Of a DNA stretch of 64,000 nucleotides, positions 1-11,712 are shown in pieces. Under the pieces are notes generated by a model. That model was not told where the DNA came from. It saw only the letters and a list, made by a program, of their open reading frames with translations, and made no database searches. The stretch covers positions 22,568,001-22,632,000 of the forward strand of contig CM114271.1 of NCBI GenBank assembly GCA_050084515.1, in the 5' to 3' direction. Position numbers and translations under genes: made by a program. Every line of letters begins with the position of its first letter. The stretch's first letter is position 1. This DNA is from Blasia pusilla. Lineage: Eukaryota.

Positions 1-949
1 TCCGTTCATATCTTCCAAACTACCCCACCTACCCTAGCCACCAACCAAGACTACTTTTTCTTTTGTTTCATTAAAGCACCAACCCCGTTACTTTACTTTT
101 CTAATCCCATCTATTATTTATTATCCCTTTTCCTAAAGTTGGATCCGCGCAAATGAGTCACCCTAAAGAGGTTTAAACATGAGAATTTCCTTTTCCTAAG
201 CTAATTTACTTAAAACTAATAAAACTCTCTCTAACACTTAATGATAGAGGAGTTTACATAGTGGGTGATTTTATTATACGACACGGTGTTGTTTGTAATC
301 ATTCTGTGCGACGAATGCCGCATCGTATCGCTGGATCCGCACCGCACATCGAGGAGATTTGAACATCGTCAATAGCAGAGGAGTACGACTTGCTGCTTGG
401 AGGAGTTGTCTTCACGACCGAGTTGGGATCGAGATTTTTCAATTACCGAGGCGCAACATCGACACTTATTGTCAGGTTATCCATTTTGGTCTTTTTCCCT
501 GCACGTGTTAGGGATTTCCGGGTATTGGGTAGTTGTTTGGGATATTGGGTTTCGTGCTGATACTGAGAGCATCATTGATGTATAGGTTAGGTAACATAGA
601 CTTGTGTGGTATATCTAGAGTTGAGGGTGTATCCTGTCGATGAGATGATAAGACAATAGACGATTTGCCGTACCACGCCGCTTGTTGTCGCACAGCACAT
701 GTCTTAGTGAGAGAATGTGAATTGAGTGCCGCATGTTGGATTGCGTCATTGAGTGATTACTCGCGAGATTGAGAATGATCATGTGAGAGGGGCACAAGGG
801 TCATCACAACGTCCTTTCGGGACTTTGAGAGGCGAGGTGGTAGACCTTAGAGTAGCTCTACACGGTTTACTTGGAGTGGTACGAGGTTTCGAGAGTCTCC
901 ACGTGAGAGACCACCTCGATATCCTTCTGTGTCGTCTTCAAACGATGGA

Positions 950-2400
950 GAGAGTATAGAGGAATCTGCTAGTAATCCACCGCACACATTGAGTGGTCCT
1001 ACCAGTTGGGCGTAAGAGATGGACGACCAGGGTAGAGCACCGCGTAGGTTTTCGCGTGCTATAGGCACTATAGAGTTACACGACTTTATTGCAGAGTTTA
1101 GGAGTTGGTGTGACTTATGGCGGACTAGGAACTCCAGAGAGTTCAACCCGTTTACACCATGGAACGGAATATATTAGCATTTAGAGGGGGCACCCATGGA
1201 CGATTACCATGAGTTCTCGCATAGATATGCCCATAAGATTGAGGCTTGTAGACTCTGCTATGACCCACACTATGTGTCATGGACTGAGCCGTTTCCACAT
1301 GAGGAGGAGGAGTCAGGAGAGGGTTCCTCCACCAGTGATGTTGTAGGAGGGATGACTCACACTAGAGCAGTTGCATCATCCAGTCGAGTTCGTCCCAAGT
1401 TCAACCCCGTGGTTGAGTTCTTCATTGAGTTGAGGACGAGCTGCCAAGGGGTACGAACGCAGAAGTTGCGGAGCTTCCATGACTTCTAGAGGCGCCCAGG
1501 TGAGAGTTTGCATGAAGCCTACACACGCTTGCGCCGGTTGATTAACGTCGCTCATGGGGTGACAGAGGCTCATGCTATCTAGTCATGGTACGCGATGCTG
1601 GACCGGACAATGCGGATACGTGTGCGAGAGGGGATGCTTCTTATGAACACCTCCCCTATGTTGAGAGATGTTTTTAGGACTGCCGAGAACATTGAGCGCA
1701 ACGTGGCGGAGGAGACCGTAGCCACCATGGGTTCTGGGCGAAAGCAGTCATAATTGCGTGCACCACCAGTACAACAACGTGGATTTTGAGATAGGTCCGT
1801 GGCACCACGAGCTCAGAGAGGGTACCGGGAGGCCATGCCACAAAGACGTGCGCCTTCATATGTGGCCCAGCAGTAGGCGCCTTCGATAACTTCTTGGTCA
1901 TATGGTGGAGCCCATCATCAGCGTGATTGCACTCGTCAGGGTCATGGTCGCGTGCCTCAGCATGGAGGAGGAGATAGTGCTTCACCAGGAGTTTATCAGT
2001 GTGATTATTGTCAGAGATACGGTCACATATGTGCTAGGTGTTTCAGCTTACATCCTGAGTTACGTTCGGACCGAGGGCCAGAGAGGGCACTTGAGCAAGT
2101 TGTCGGTCTGGATGGGCCTAGAGGTCGTGCACCAAGTGGTCCCGTTGGGGGACGAGGAGTTGGATTTGTCCGAGGGGGTGGTGGAGTTTCCCGTGGAGGA
2201 TGTAGAGTCCCACCACCTAAACGTGTCAAGGGAGATGTCGGGCGTGAGGCTGGAATAGCAGCTAAGATGTAACAGCTACAACAACAAATTGCAGCTATGG
2301 CATTGAGGTTACTCGATGCCGGATCTGTGGCATCGACATCTTATGGATCCGCCAGAGATATGGAGGATCTTGGTTGGATGTGTAGGGTTGCCCATATGGA
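950..2400 (+). pseudogene. gag: E1 gag remnant (zinc knuckles plus an RGG-rich segment)
   Basis: GTIELHDFIAEF and MDDYHEF segments, CDYCQRYGHICARC knuckle and GGRGVG-type tail; multiple stops. Confidence 0.75.
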
Positions 2401-2959
2401 GGCCGCCGTAGTTGTTACGCGTGGAGCCGCAGAGTTGGATCCACAATGAGGGAAAGCTAGGAAATAGACCGGGCTTCCTCAATCCTTCACGTTGTCCGAG
2501 GCGATGAGGACCCCGTCGATGGATTCTGATCAGAGTTCTCAGAGAGTTGGTGATGTTGTTGGTGTGCAGGCACGGAGGGCGATGGGAGAAGCAAGTGCAA
2601 CGAATCCTATTGCTGATGCTCAGGAGGAGCATGTGTCGAGCACGTTGTTGGGGGCGGCCACTGTTGTGTACCGCGCTCCTTTATTTTCTGCTTTTGATGT
2701 GATGACGTTGGGAGGTACGCCCACCAAGGTTTCCTGGCTGGCCGCTATTGGAGTTCCTATATCACGTTGAGAGGTGATTGCAGAGGAGGTGATGGACCTG
2801 CCCTTGGAGCTTATGCTTGGGCCGTCCACGCCAGATTCATGGTAGGTTGCGGCTTCTAGGATGGCGGAGATGCCCGCTAGACCCGCGATAGAGCGTGCCA
2901 TGGCTTCTCTTGGTGTTGTATTTCTGGATAATCGGGAGAGGTCTTCCAGTTGGTGAGTC

Positions 2960-3340
2960 TAGGAGGTAGAGCTTTTAGTCCACACCGCGTCTTGTTGGAT
3001 TCAGGAGCGCAACCCCTGATGTTGGGGAAAGCGACATTCAGAGGTTTGGGCCTGACAAGGGCCGATGTGGAGCGTTGTCCATTCCGGATACAGACATCCT
3101 TGGGTGGAGTGAGTACCACATAATATATCACTTGACATGAGGTTGTGGTGAGGATTTTCTCGGGACATCCTACAGATGAGTACATGGTGCGACCCAAGGC
3201 GATAGTGACTGATGCAGAGTCCTACGCGGTCTTGGTTGGTGGAGGAATATTTTACTTGATGGGGTTTTCCTTGGATTACTGGGAGGAGTCAACGTCCTAC
3301 AAACCAGGATGGCAGTCACGTGATGGGCGCCTTAGCTAAT
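2960..3340 (+). pseudogene. E1 aspartic protease remnant
   Basis: VLLDSGAQPLMLG active-site motif at about 2989 and downstream YAVLVGG motif. Confidence 0.8.
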
Positions 3341-3710
3341 TACCCGTTTGATTCACAAGTGCAGTGATCAAGCGCCGGCAAGGAGAGATGGTGACCTTAG
3401 TAGCATTTAGCAGCGCCATCACTTAGCCTAGTGATTTGATTGAGGGACATATCCATGCAGAGGATATTCCCGTTCCTGATATTTCTATGGAGAGGAGTGT
3501 CATGGTAGTTGCATCAGTCCGTGGAGGAGAGGTGTTGCTTTGGGGCTCGATTGAGGAGCTCCGACGCTTAGCCAATGAGCATGTGGAGGCCGCGTGGAGT
3601 GAGACGTTTGCACCAAACGTGACGGGTCAAAGGAACCCAAGGTAGCCAAGAGTGCTATGATGACTCCATTGGATACCACACCCATTGTGTGGCGCATCCC
3701 AGAGGAGGGT

Positions 3711-4610
3711 ATTCGGGTGTTGGATCTCTTTGGAGGGATCAACACTAGGTTAGCTGTTGTTTTGCAGGCAGGAGTTCGCGTACAGCAGTACCTCTATGTG
3801 GAGATTGATGATGTTGCAAGGTGCGCTTCACTTCACCATGAGGCACAGTTACGCCTTTATTTTCCCGACTTGTTGTTTGCATCCGCTGTCCAGGGATACC
3901 AGAGTTCCCTATCAAGAGATATTTCATTGCTGGGGGCGCAGGACTTAGAGCGGTTAGGGACCATAGACTTAGTCATTGCTGGTTGGCCGTGTCACGGCCA
4001 GTCGGGTGTTGGACGAGGTAGCGGATTAGCTGACTCGCAGTCCATGTTGTTTTGGGAGATCATGCGGATCTAGCGACATTTACAAGAGCATCAGTCTCAT
4101 CCTCCAGCATACATTCTGGAAAATGTGCCGATTTTTGGCGATTTGAGGTCCCGTGCGCGCATGGATCGGCCCGACAGTGTTGTTGGATGCGGTGAGTGTA
4201 GGTGGGCGAGCATATCGCCCGCGTCTTTGATGGACCAACTTGGTGCCACATGAGGTTTTGTAGAGAGTGTATACTAGAGTGGAGCACCCCTCCGATTTGT
4301 TGGTGGATTCTATTTTGGATCGAGGTCGTCGATCACATGCAGTGAGGCACAATGATCGACCGTTGTTCACTGTGGTCAACAAGATTGGTATGCCATGGGC
4401 AGCAGCCTTTCCCACATTTTTGAGTTTTCCCGCTTCCTACGCATTCATGGTTGAGATGACCAGGTACAGAGGTTGGTGGAGCCCAACGCCGATGAGCGAG
4501 AGAGAGCGATGGGATTCCCCACATAAGTGATCGTCACTATCAGAGGCATCACGACATCATATCTTGGGTCAGGCGACGGACCTAAATTGATTGACATGGA
4601 TTTTCAACTT
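3711..4610 (+). pseudogene. E1 DNMT3-like C5 cytosine DNA methyltransferase domain
   Basis: Motif I VLDLFGGI, II YVEID, IV DLVIAGWPCHG, V DSQSMLFWE, VI YILENV, VIII RPRL*WTNL, IX-X ERERAMGF...ILGQA, in linear order, with stops and frameshifts. Confidence 0.9.
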
Positions 4611-5029
4611 CGGAGTAGTTGAGCAACGTCGTTTGCAGATACGATAGATCACAGTTGTTGCATTGGTGAGCCCCATGCCTACGAAGACGGTTGAGGCAGT
4701 GGTTGGGGGCGAGACCCGAGGAGATTGACACACCAGGGATTATCGGGAGAGATATCCTTGGACTTCTTGGGATGTTTTTCAGGTATGCCAGGAGATGGTA
4801 GCCATAGCATCAAGCGTGGTTACGGGTATTACACATGGAGATCCGATTTTGCACTTGGCTACAGGGGAGTAGTCGAGTTCTGTTGTGCAAGACGGGATCA
4901 CACCATAGCAACCACCCACACCCGCGCCTAAGAGTCCTACCGTTGTCACGATGGAGACTTCGGAGCAAGACCTGGGCCCTAAGTTGACAGGAGGAGAATG
5001 GCGCCGGATACACTAGTTCCTTAGGAGTT

Positions 5030-6385
5030 ATAGGAGTTGCTTTGCATTTAGTATACATGACTTGGGTACGATGAAGGGTCCAGGGATCCGCATTGAGTTG
5101 TCGAGCGACCACCAATCTTCGACGACCCTACACGTATAGTGACATGGAAAGGGCTCTGATTCACAGTAGGAGCCAAGACTTGGTTGGAGCAGGACTACTT
5201 GAGATGTCGCATGGAGAGTATGCATCTGCCATTGTCATGCCCGCCAAGAAGGATGTGCATGGCAACTGGATGGATGTGTGGAGATTATCGACCTATCAAT
5301 CGGAAGACTTAGTCCGATAGGTATGCCATGCCCACCCATGGGGAGATCTTTGATGCGATTGAGCATGCAAAGATCTTCAGTTCATTGGATTTGCGAGCCT
5401 GATACCATCAATTGCCTATCAAATTGGAGGACAGGCAAAGACAACATTTTGGGGCATCGATCCTCATGGGAAGGATTTTTTGTACCAGTGGCGGTTCTTA
5501 CCATTCGGTTTAGAGAACGCACCGGTTGAGTTTCAGAGGATCATGGATAGGATCTTGGCAGGTCTAGATTTTGCTAGTTGTTATATTGATGACATGGTAG
5601 ACTTTAGCGCCACGGTTGAGGAGCATGAGTGACATCTAGAGGAGGTATTTTGACGATTGTAGTTATATGGGCTAAAGCTACATCCAGGCAAGTGCAAGTT
5701 CTTCTACGACCAGATTGAATACTTGGATCATACGATATACGTAGGTGGCCTTGGTGTGCAGAAGAAGAAGATAGAGGCTATTTCACGTATCCTTGCAGAT
5801 GTGAGTCGAGTTTGTGCATTCATGGGATTGGCGAACTTCTATCAATACTACGTCAAGGGGTTCAGTTTGATTGCAAAACCGCTTATCTTGCTGACCAAGG
5901 TGGATCAAGAGTGACAATTGGGGGATGAGCAGGAGAGAGCATTTCATCTGCTCAAGGTCAGATTGACGTCCGCGCCCGTATTGAGGAGACCGATCAATGG
6001 GCGTCCTTTCCAATTGCACACCAATTAGAGCATGTTGGGGCTTGAAGCCGTGCTCACCCAACATGAGGATGATGCTAGAGAGTTCGTGGTGGCTTATGCT
6101 AGTCGCTCGAACAACGTTGCAGAGGTGAAGTATAGCTCGTATGAGGATGAGTGCTTGGCTGCAGTATGGGCTCTCGCCCATTTCAGGTGTTATCTATTCG
6201 GCAATCCCTTTACCATCATAATTGATCATCAACCACTTAAGTGGTTGATGGAGTCTGACAAGATTACATGGAAGCTTGCGAGGTGGGCTCTTTTGTTGCA
6301 GGAGTATGACTTCCACGTGGTGCATAGACCAAGGACGCTCAACCAGGATGCAGATGGTTTGAGCTGTAACCCATGCCCGAGTTAG
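5030..6385 (+). pseudogene. pol: E1 reverse transcriptase and RNase H remnant
   Basis: YASAIVMPAKK, LPFGL, YIDD, FMGLANFY, AYASRS, DHQPLKWL and LARWALLLQEYDF motifs. Confidence 0.92.
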
Positions 6386-6734
6386 CGAGATGCAACTGGA
6401 GCTCGTTGGCATGGTGAGAGTGATGAGGAGTTGGTGCCAGGATGGCACGCGTCAGCCTATTTGGGCTTGTTGGCTATGGAAAGCCACATTATTGAGACTT
6501 TGATGGTGAGGTCTGATGGAGAGTCCTTAGATCCAAAGGCCGGTGAGGAGACAACAGGTGGTCGAAACATTCACGACGATGGAGTGGTCTTGGAGTACCT
6601 GCACATTGGGTGCTAGAGAGCGAGATCGGATCCTACAACGAGCCAGACGGTTGCGGTGGGAGGGGACACATGTGTTGCTAGTTTGGGAGGATGGTAGAGT
6701 GCGTGTAGTGCCTCATCCTTTGTAGAGAGTACGT

Positions 6735-7978
6735 TTGGTGCATCATGCCAAGAGGAGTTGGATCATTTTGGAGTCAAGCGGACGTACAGCTTGCTCTAGA
6801 TATAGTATTGGTGGCGAGGCATGCATACTGACGTTCAGCAATTTGTTGCCATGTGCCTGGTGTGTAGTCAAGTTTGAGCATCGTTCAATGCTCCGACTCC
6901 ACAGTTGCATCCAATTCCGATCATGGGTTTAGGTTATAGATGGAGATTAGATTTTGCAGGACCTTTGCCTTTGACGGAGCGCCATAGTCGTTATGTGTTG
7001 GTGATGGTCGAGCACTTCTCGAAGTGGATAGAGTTGGTTGTATTTCCTGACAAAGCGAGTGAGGGAGTAGCGTATGCCTTCCTAGATCGAGTGTTGAGTC
7101 ATTACGGTGCACCAGTTGAGGTGTTGACAGACTAGGGTACATAGTTTCGTGGGGAGTTTCAGGCCTTGTGTGATTAGGCGCTAATCGACCACCGCACCAC
7201 TTCGCGAGATCATCCTAAGGCAAATGGACTAGCGGAGAGGGTTGCGTAGACGGTGAAGAGAGGATTACACAAGTATGGCTTGCAGAGAGGTCACCTAGGA
7301 GATTGGGACCTCCATTTGCCATGGTTAGTGATGGGATACAGATTCAGCAGGCAAGCATCCTTAGTGTCTTTCTCAACGTACTTGTTGCTTTATGGCCGAG
7401 AACCAGATTTACCTACGGCCATTCGTCGAGATGTTGAACCTTGATGACCCTGATGTATGGATGCGAGCATGTTCTCAGAGGGCTGAGTTATTTCCGAGAG
7501 TAATGCCTCATCACTCTCCCATGGCGTTTGAGAACTTGGAAATTGCGTAGCATCGGGATATGTTGAGGTATGCAATGATTTGGGGAGGTGGTTATCGACC
7601 TACTATCCGGAGGTTTCATCAGGGAGACTATGTCTACTTGCAGCAAACGGCATCCACGACGTTGGATATGACTGCAGGGTGCACCATCTTGAGAGTGCAT
7701 GAGATTTTTCCATCCGGTGTTCTCTTATTGGAGGAACGTGATGGTATGGTTTGGAAGGACCATGTGCGTAACTGTGCGCCATGTCATCTTCTGAACATTT
7801 ACGATACATTTGATCCGAGCTTAGCAGTAGTTTTGTATGTATGTTGTGTGGTTCTGCCCGTGGTGCAGCCACTATGCTAGTCTGTGAGGGATGTTCGACA
7901 GGATAGCATATGGCATGTGTGATGCCACCTCTCACTAGGGTTCTTGAGGGAAAATGGATGTGTCCCAGATGAACATAG
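6735..7978 (+). pseudogene. E1 DDE integrase with C-terminal PHD remnant
   Basis: HHCC region, LDFAGPLP, EVLTD*G and GLAER motifs; degenerate PHD ending WMCPR. Confidence 0.88.
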
Positions 7979-8157
7979 AGTAGGTAGTTCTAGATTCCAA
8001 CTTGTGTCTGTGGCATGGATGACAAGAAGGCGACTAACGATGGGGCCACATGAGCACCCGGCCTTTTTGCTCTTAGCGTCCGAGAGATGTCTGTCATGGT
8101 AGATAGGGATAGATGGCTATCTGGAGTTAGAGGGACCTAACCACCAACTAGGGGGCG

Positions 8158-8920
8158 ATTGGAGATATTTTGGTATTTCTTGTCTCGTTGTTTGGATGCC
8201 ATGAGTAAGCATGGGATCGTGCGTGTTTGTGTGTATGTTTGTCGACATGGATGTATGTTGTGTAGCGATGTGAATGTGCACAATAACTGTCAAGTTTTTT
8301 AGGATAGATCGGAGAGATCTGGTAGAGCGACTTTGCGAGTAGAGGAGGACACGCTCAAGAGGTCGAGGATGACCTATTGAGGTCCTAGGAAACCTGAGAG
8401 AGCAGGTTTTCCCTTCGTTTCGGCTCATTTGGAGCCATATAGAGAAACTTACTATTTTGGGTAAATTTCCATATTTGGTAGAGTTGAATTTCCACTTTAG
8501 GAAGTGGCCCTTGACCCACTAGAGCAGGTCAAGAGCCAAGGAGGTGACCTGCGATCATAAGTTACCGAGGAGAGAGCTTGGGAGAGGGAAGGGAATATAC
8601 CTCAAGGAGAGAGAGTTTGAGAGCTCATTTTATCTTTGTTGAACCTCTTGGCATGAGGCGGCGGAGCTATGGTCCCTTGCCTTGTGAGTGTAACCCAAGC
8701 CTCTCATTAAGAGAGTGGGTTTGGTTTGACATTGAGAGAGAGTGCACACATTTGAGAGCTATGGTGTTGAGAGAGATTGGATCTACTTGATTTATTGGAG
8801 ATATTTTGGTACTTCTTGTCTCGTTGTTTAGATGCCATGAGTTAGCATGGGATCGTGCGTGTTGTGTGTATGTTTATCGACAGCGATGTATGTTGTATAG
8901 TGATGTGTATGCACACGACA
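8158..8920 (+). repeat. E1 3' split direct repeat block: B1 (8158-8285), ac, A2 (8288-8793), B2 (8794-8920)
   Basis: B1 and B2 are ~127-bp direct repeats starting attggagatattttgg. A2 starts TGTCA and matches 44141-44435 and 52915-53320. Purine tract tagggggcga precedes B1. Confidence 0.88.
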
Positions 8921-9099
8921 AGACATTACAAGATCCACCTCAAGATATGTCTTGATGTTGTGTATTCATGCTATGAGTGGGAGCAACAAACTTCACCAAA
9001 TTGTTGCTTGTTCCTCAACTTAGTACATTGGCATTGCTCATGTAGGAAAGGAATTACTTTCGCTTTGTTACTTTCTCAACAGTACCAAATCTCCATGTG

Positions 9100-9215
9100 A
9101 AGGAACTAGAGGTTTCTTAGATAACCAAGGAAATATTGCACTCGACAATAATCCTATTTATTATGCGAGAAGTGAGCCTATCAATGTTTGTCACCACTTC
9201 ATCAAAGATCTCATG
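9100..9215 (+). pseudogene. Ty1/Copia RNase H C-terminal remnant
   Basis: Translates to NPIYYARSEPINVCHHFIKDL, resembling the Copia NPVFHARTKHIDVRHHFIRD motif. Confidence 0.55.
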
Positions 9216-9438
9216 GGGATCGGCCTAAGGTTCATTGGGATTGAAATATGGCAAGCAATTTCCTTGCCAAATCATTGTTATCTATCAAGCATACAAAATG
9301 CTTGAGCATGAATTGTCATTAGTTGTGCACACTATGGTTGGAAATTTACCATGGTTACAAGTCTCTCATTGTAATTAGATTACTTGTTCTTTCTTAAATA
9401 TTCTTGCTAGTTGTGGTTATGTTAATTTTGCTCATAAT

Positions 9439-9645
9439 CAAGGTTGCACGGAAATTGACAGGCGTGGCCCGCATCCAAGCCCGTCCAAAGCCCACCGCGT
9501 AGACCCGGGCTGACATAACCCGGATCTACACGGTGGGCTCTAGGGCGAGATCGAGTGCGGGCCGTGGGTACCCAGGCCCGCACGGACATAAGTCCGCGAA
9601 CATGGACATATCCGCGGATACGGACTTTGTCCGTGTACAACCCTA
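9439..9645. mobile_element. hAT-type MITE
   Basis: TIR caaggttgca...tacaacccta; perfect 8-bp TSD ctcataat (9431-9438 and 9646-9653). Confidence 0.85.
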
Positions 9646-11712
9646 CTCATAATGTGTTGGCCTTTGCATGATGTGTTGGCTCAATGAGTTACTTTATTCA
9701 TGTTGTGATAGCTTATTTAGCTAGCATGCTTCTTTTGCATGCAAGCTAGGAAGCTTTTCCACCTTGCCTTACCATGTAGTGGTCCCTTTTGATGACTCTT
9801 TCTAGGAATCTCTCTCTATCTCTCTCTCATATGGCCCTGTGGGGTCCCCGTGGACAATAAATCTATTCATTCATTCATTCTCTCTGTGACAATGTGCCTT
9901 GAGATTAACTCTTTCTTACACACCTAAATCTTTGTTCGTGCCTTAATCAACTAAGAAGGAATGTGCATTGGTATGGAGGATGCTCCAAGAACCAATTTGA
10001 CACATTTTCCTGCATCTTGCTTTCAACTACGTTTATTCAAGTCTTGTGTATTCTAATAAGGTGGTGTTGTCCTAAGCATCCAATTCCCAATAGAAGTTGT
10101 TGGCTAGTTTTGCATGCAACCCATTTCATATTTGTTCTTTCAGGTTTGTAAGTGATTACCTTCATACATCATTTTGTGGAAGATCTAGTCCAGATCTATG
10201 CTTTTAAAATTTTAAAAGTGAGATCTGAAAGAAATAGAATTTTGATTTCATCAAATAGAACAACAACTATTATGAGCCAAGCTTACCCTATCACTACAAG
10301 GAGACAACTAAATACATATATTTAGAAGTGCAAAAGGAATCGGTTTTAGTACGGGTGACTACGAACATAGGAACTTTGGAGTATTATTGAATTGGCAAAT
10401 ATACTTGGAATTTTTATAAACCATGTTTTCATAAACTAGTTTATTTTATTAATTTTCCCCTTTCCTTCTCCGGCAAGAAACTTCTGAGCAAGCGTTTTCA
10501 ACGGTTGGGTTTTCGAATGTTTTCGCACCTCATATTCGCGGACCAACTTAAGGTCGTGCAAACCGTGTGATTCATCATCCAGATTCTAGCCGACAGAGAC
10601 TCACCGCACCCATTGCCCACTACGACGCATAGAAATGTCTGTAGACGGTTCCGGACGGTAGATAGAGAGAGCTACTGCGAATGTTACTTCCCTTAATACC
10701 TTCAATTTATTATCTCTCATGCTGAATTCAGACTGTGGCTGAGTGGAAAGTGGAGGATTATTCAATCAGAGAACGCTGTCGCCTTGGAAAGGAATGGAAT
10801 GGACAGTCAGTTTCCTTCCCCTGAATCCCCGACGTGTGCAACCGATTTTAGGGGTTGCGATCCTGCGATCAGTGCGATGGAGTGCGGCCACTGCGGCGAA
10901 TGCAGGAGTGGAGTTATGAGGCCGACAAAGCTGTTGACAAGCGGGGAAATCTCAACGGCAATTCGAAGCGCAGCGGCAGACAAGGGGGTACTACATTTTG
11001 TTTCTTTCTTTGATATAGATGGAGCCGTGGGCGAGCAAGCATGAAACGGAAGTGAGGACCCGCAGATATGAAGCACGGAACTGACATGATCGGCATGAAT
11101 GAAAACTTGACACGCAAGACTACGGAAAGGATGAAATGAAATGTGGAATTTACAGCCATTACGAAGCGTGAAAGAATCAAAATTTCGAATCTGGATGGCC
11201 GCAAACATCTGTCGAAGGTTCTCCTTCGCTACATATTGCTCTATATAGATTTCTACAGAGCCTGCACCATCGCTCACTTCAGTACCTCCATTACACTACA
11301 CTATGGACACCCTCAATGAAATGCCCGGGCCTCTTTCTACAGTGTCAAAATGTTAAATAGGCTCCTCATAGTTCCCTGTAAGCCCTTCAATCCGGAACGC
11401 TATGTCTGTAACACCACCACCACCACCTCCGTTACGTACGACTAATAAGTTAAGTCTTACACCCCAAGAAAAGCATCTTACGAATTCGGAGGCAGAGGGG
11501 ATGTTCACGCCGCCGCCCTGGCGGTTTCGATCTCTCGAGACACACCAGGGTTTCAAAATATGACCGTTCGGCCCCAGAATCGACTGTCCAGACGATACTC
11601 ATCACATTCTTTACTCGTTCACCAGCAACAAGTCCACGACTTGCTTTGCACGAGTTTGTCATAACTCACTCATCGGCTCTGTTAGTCACAGAATCAGCTC
11701 TCCTTTGCTACC

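Larger units (their letters stand above)
266..8920 (+). mobile_element. E1: degenerate Ty3/Gypsy-like retrotransposon (gag-PR-MTase-RT-RH-IN-PHD) with a B-A-B 3' terminus; 5' end not resolved
   Basis: Ordered domain remnants listed below. The 3' end reads ...GCACACGACA at 8920. From about 500 onward it is homologous to E5 (45975 onward). The start coordinate is approximate. Confidence 0.9.

Noticed and set aside
3657-4073. Bacterial restriction-modification methylase or host DRM/CMT gene
   Set aside because: Embedded at the same pol position in four retroelements and decayed along with them; no cognate nuclease, BAH/chromo or UBA domains, and no permuted motif order.
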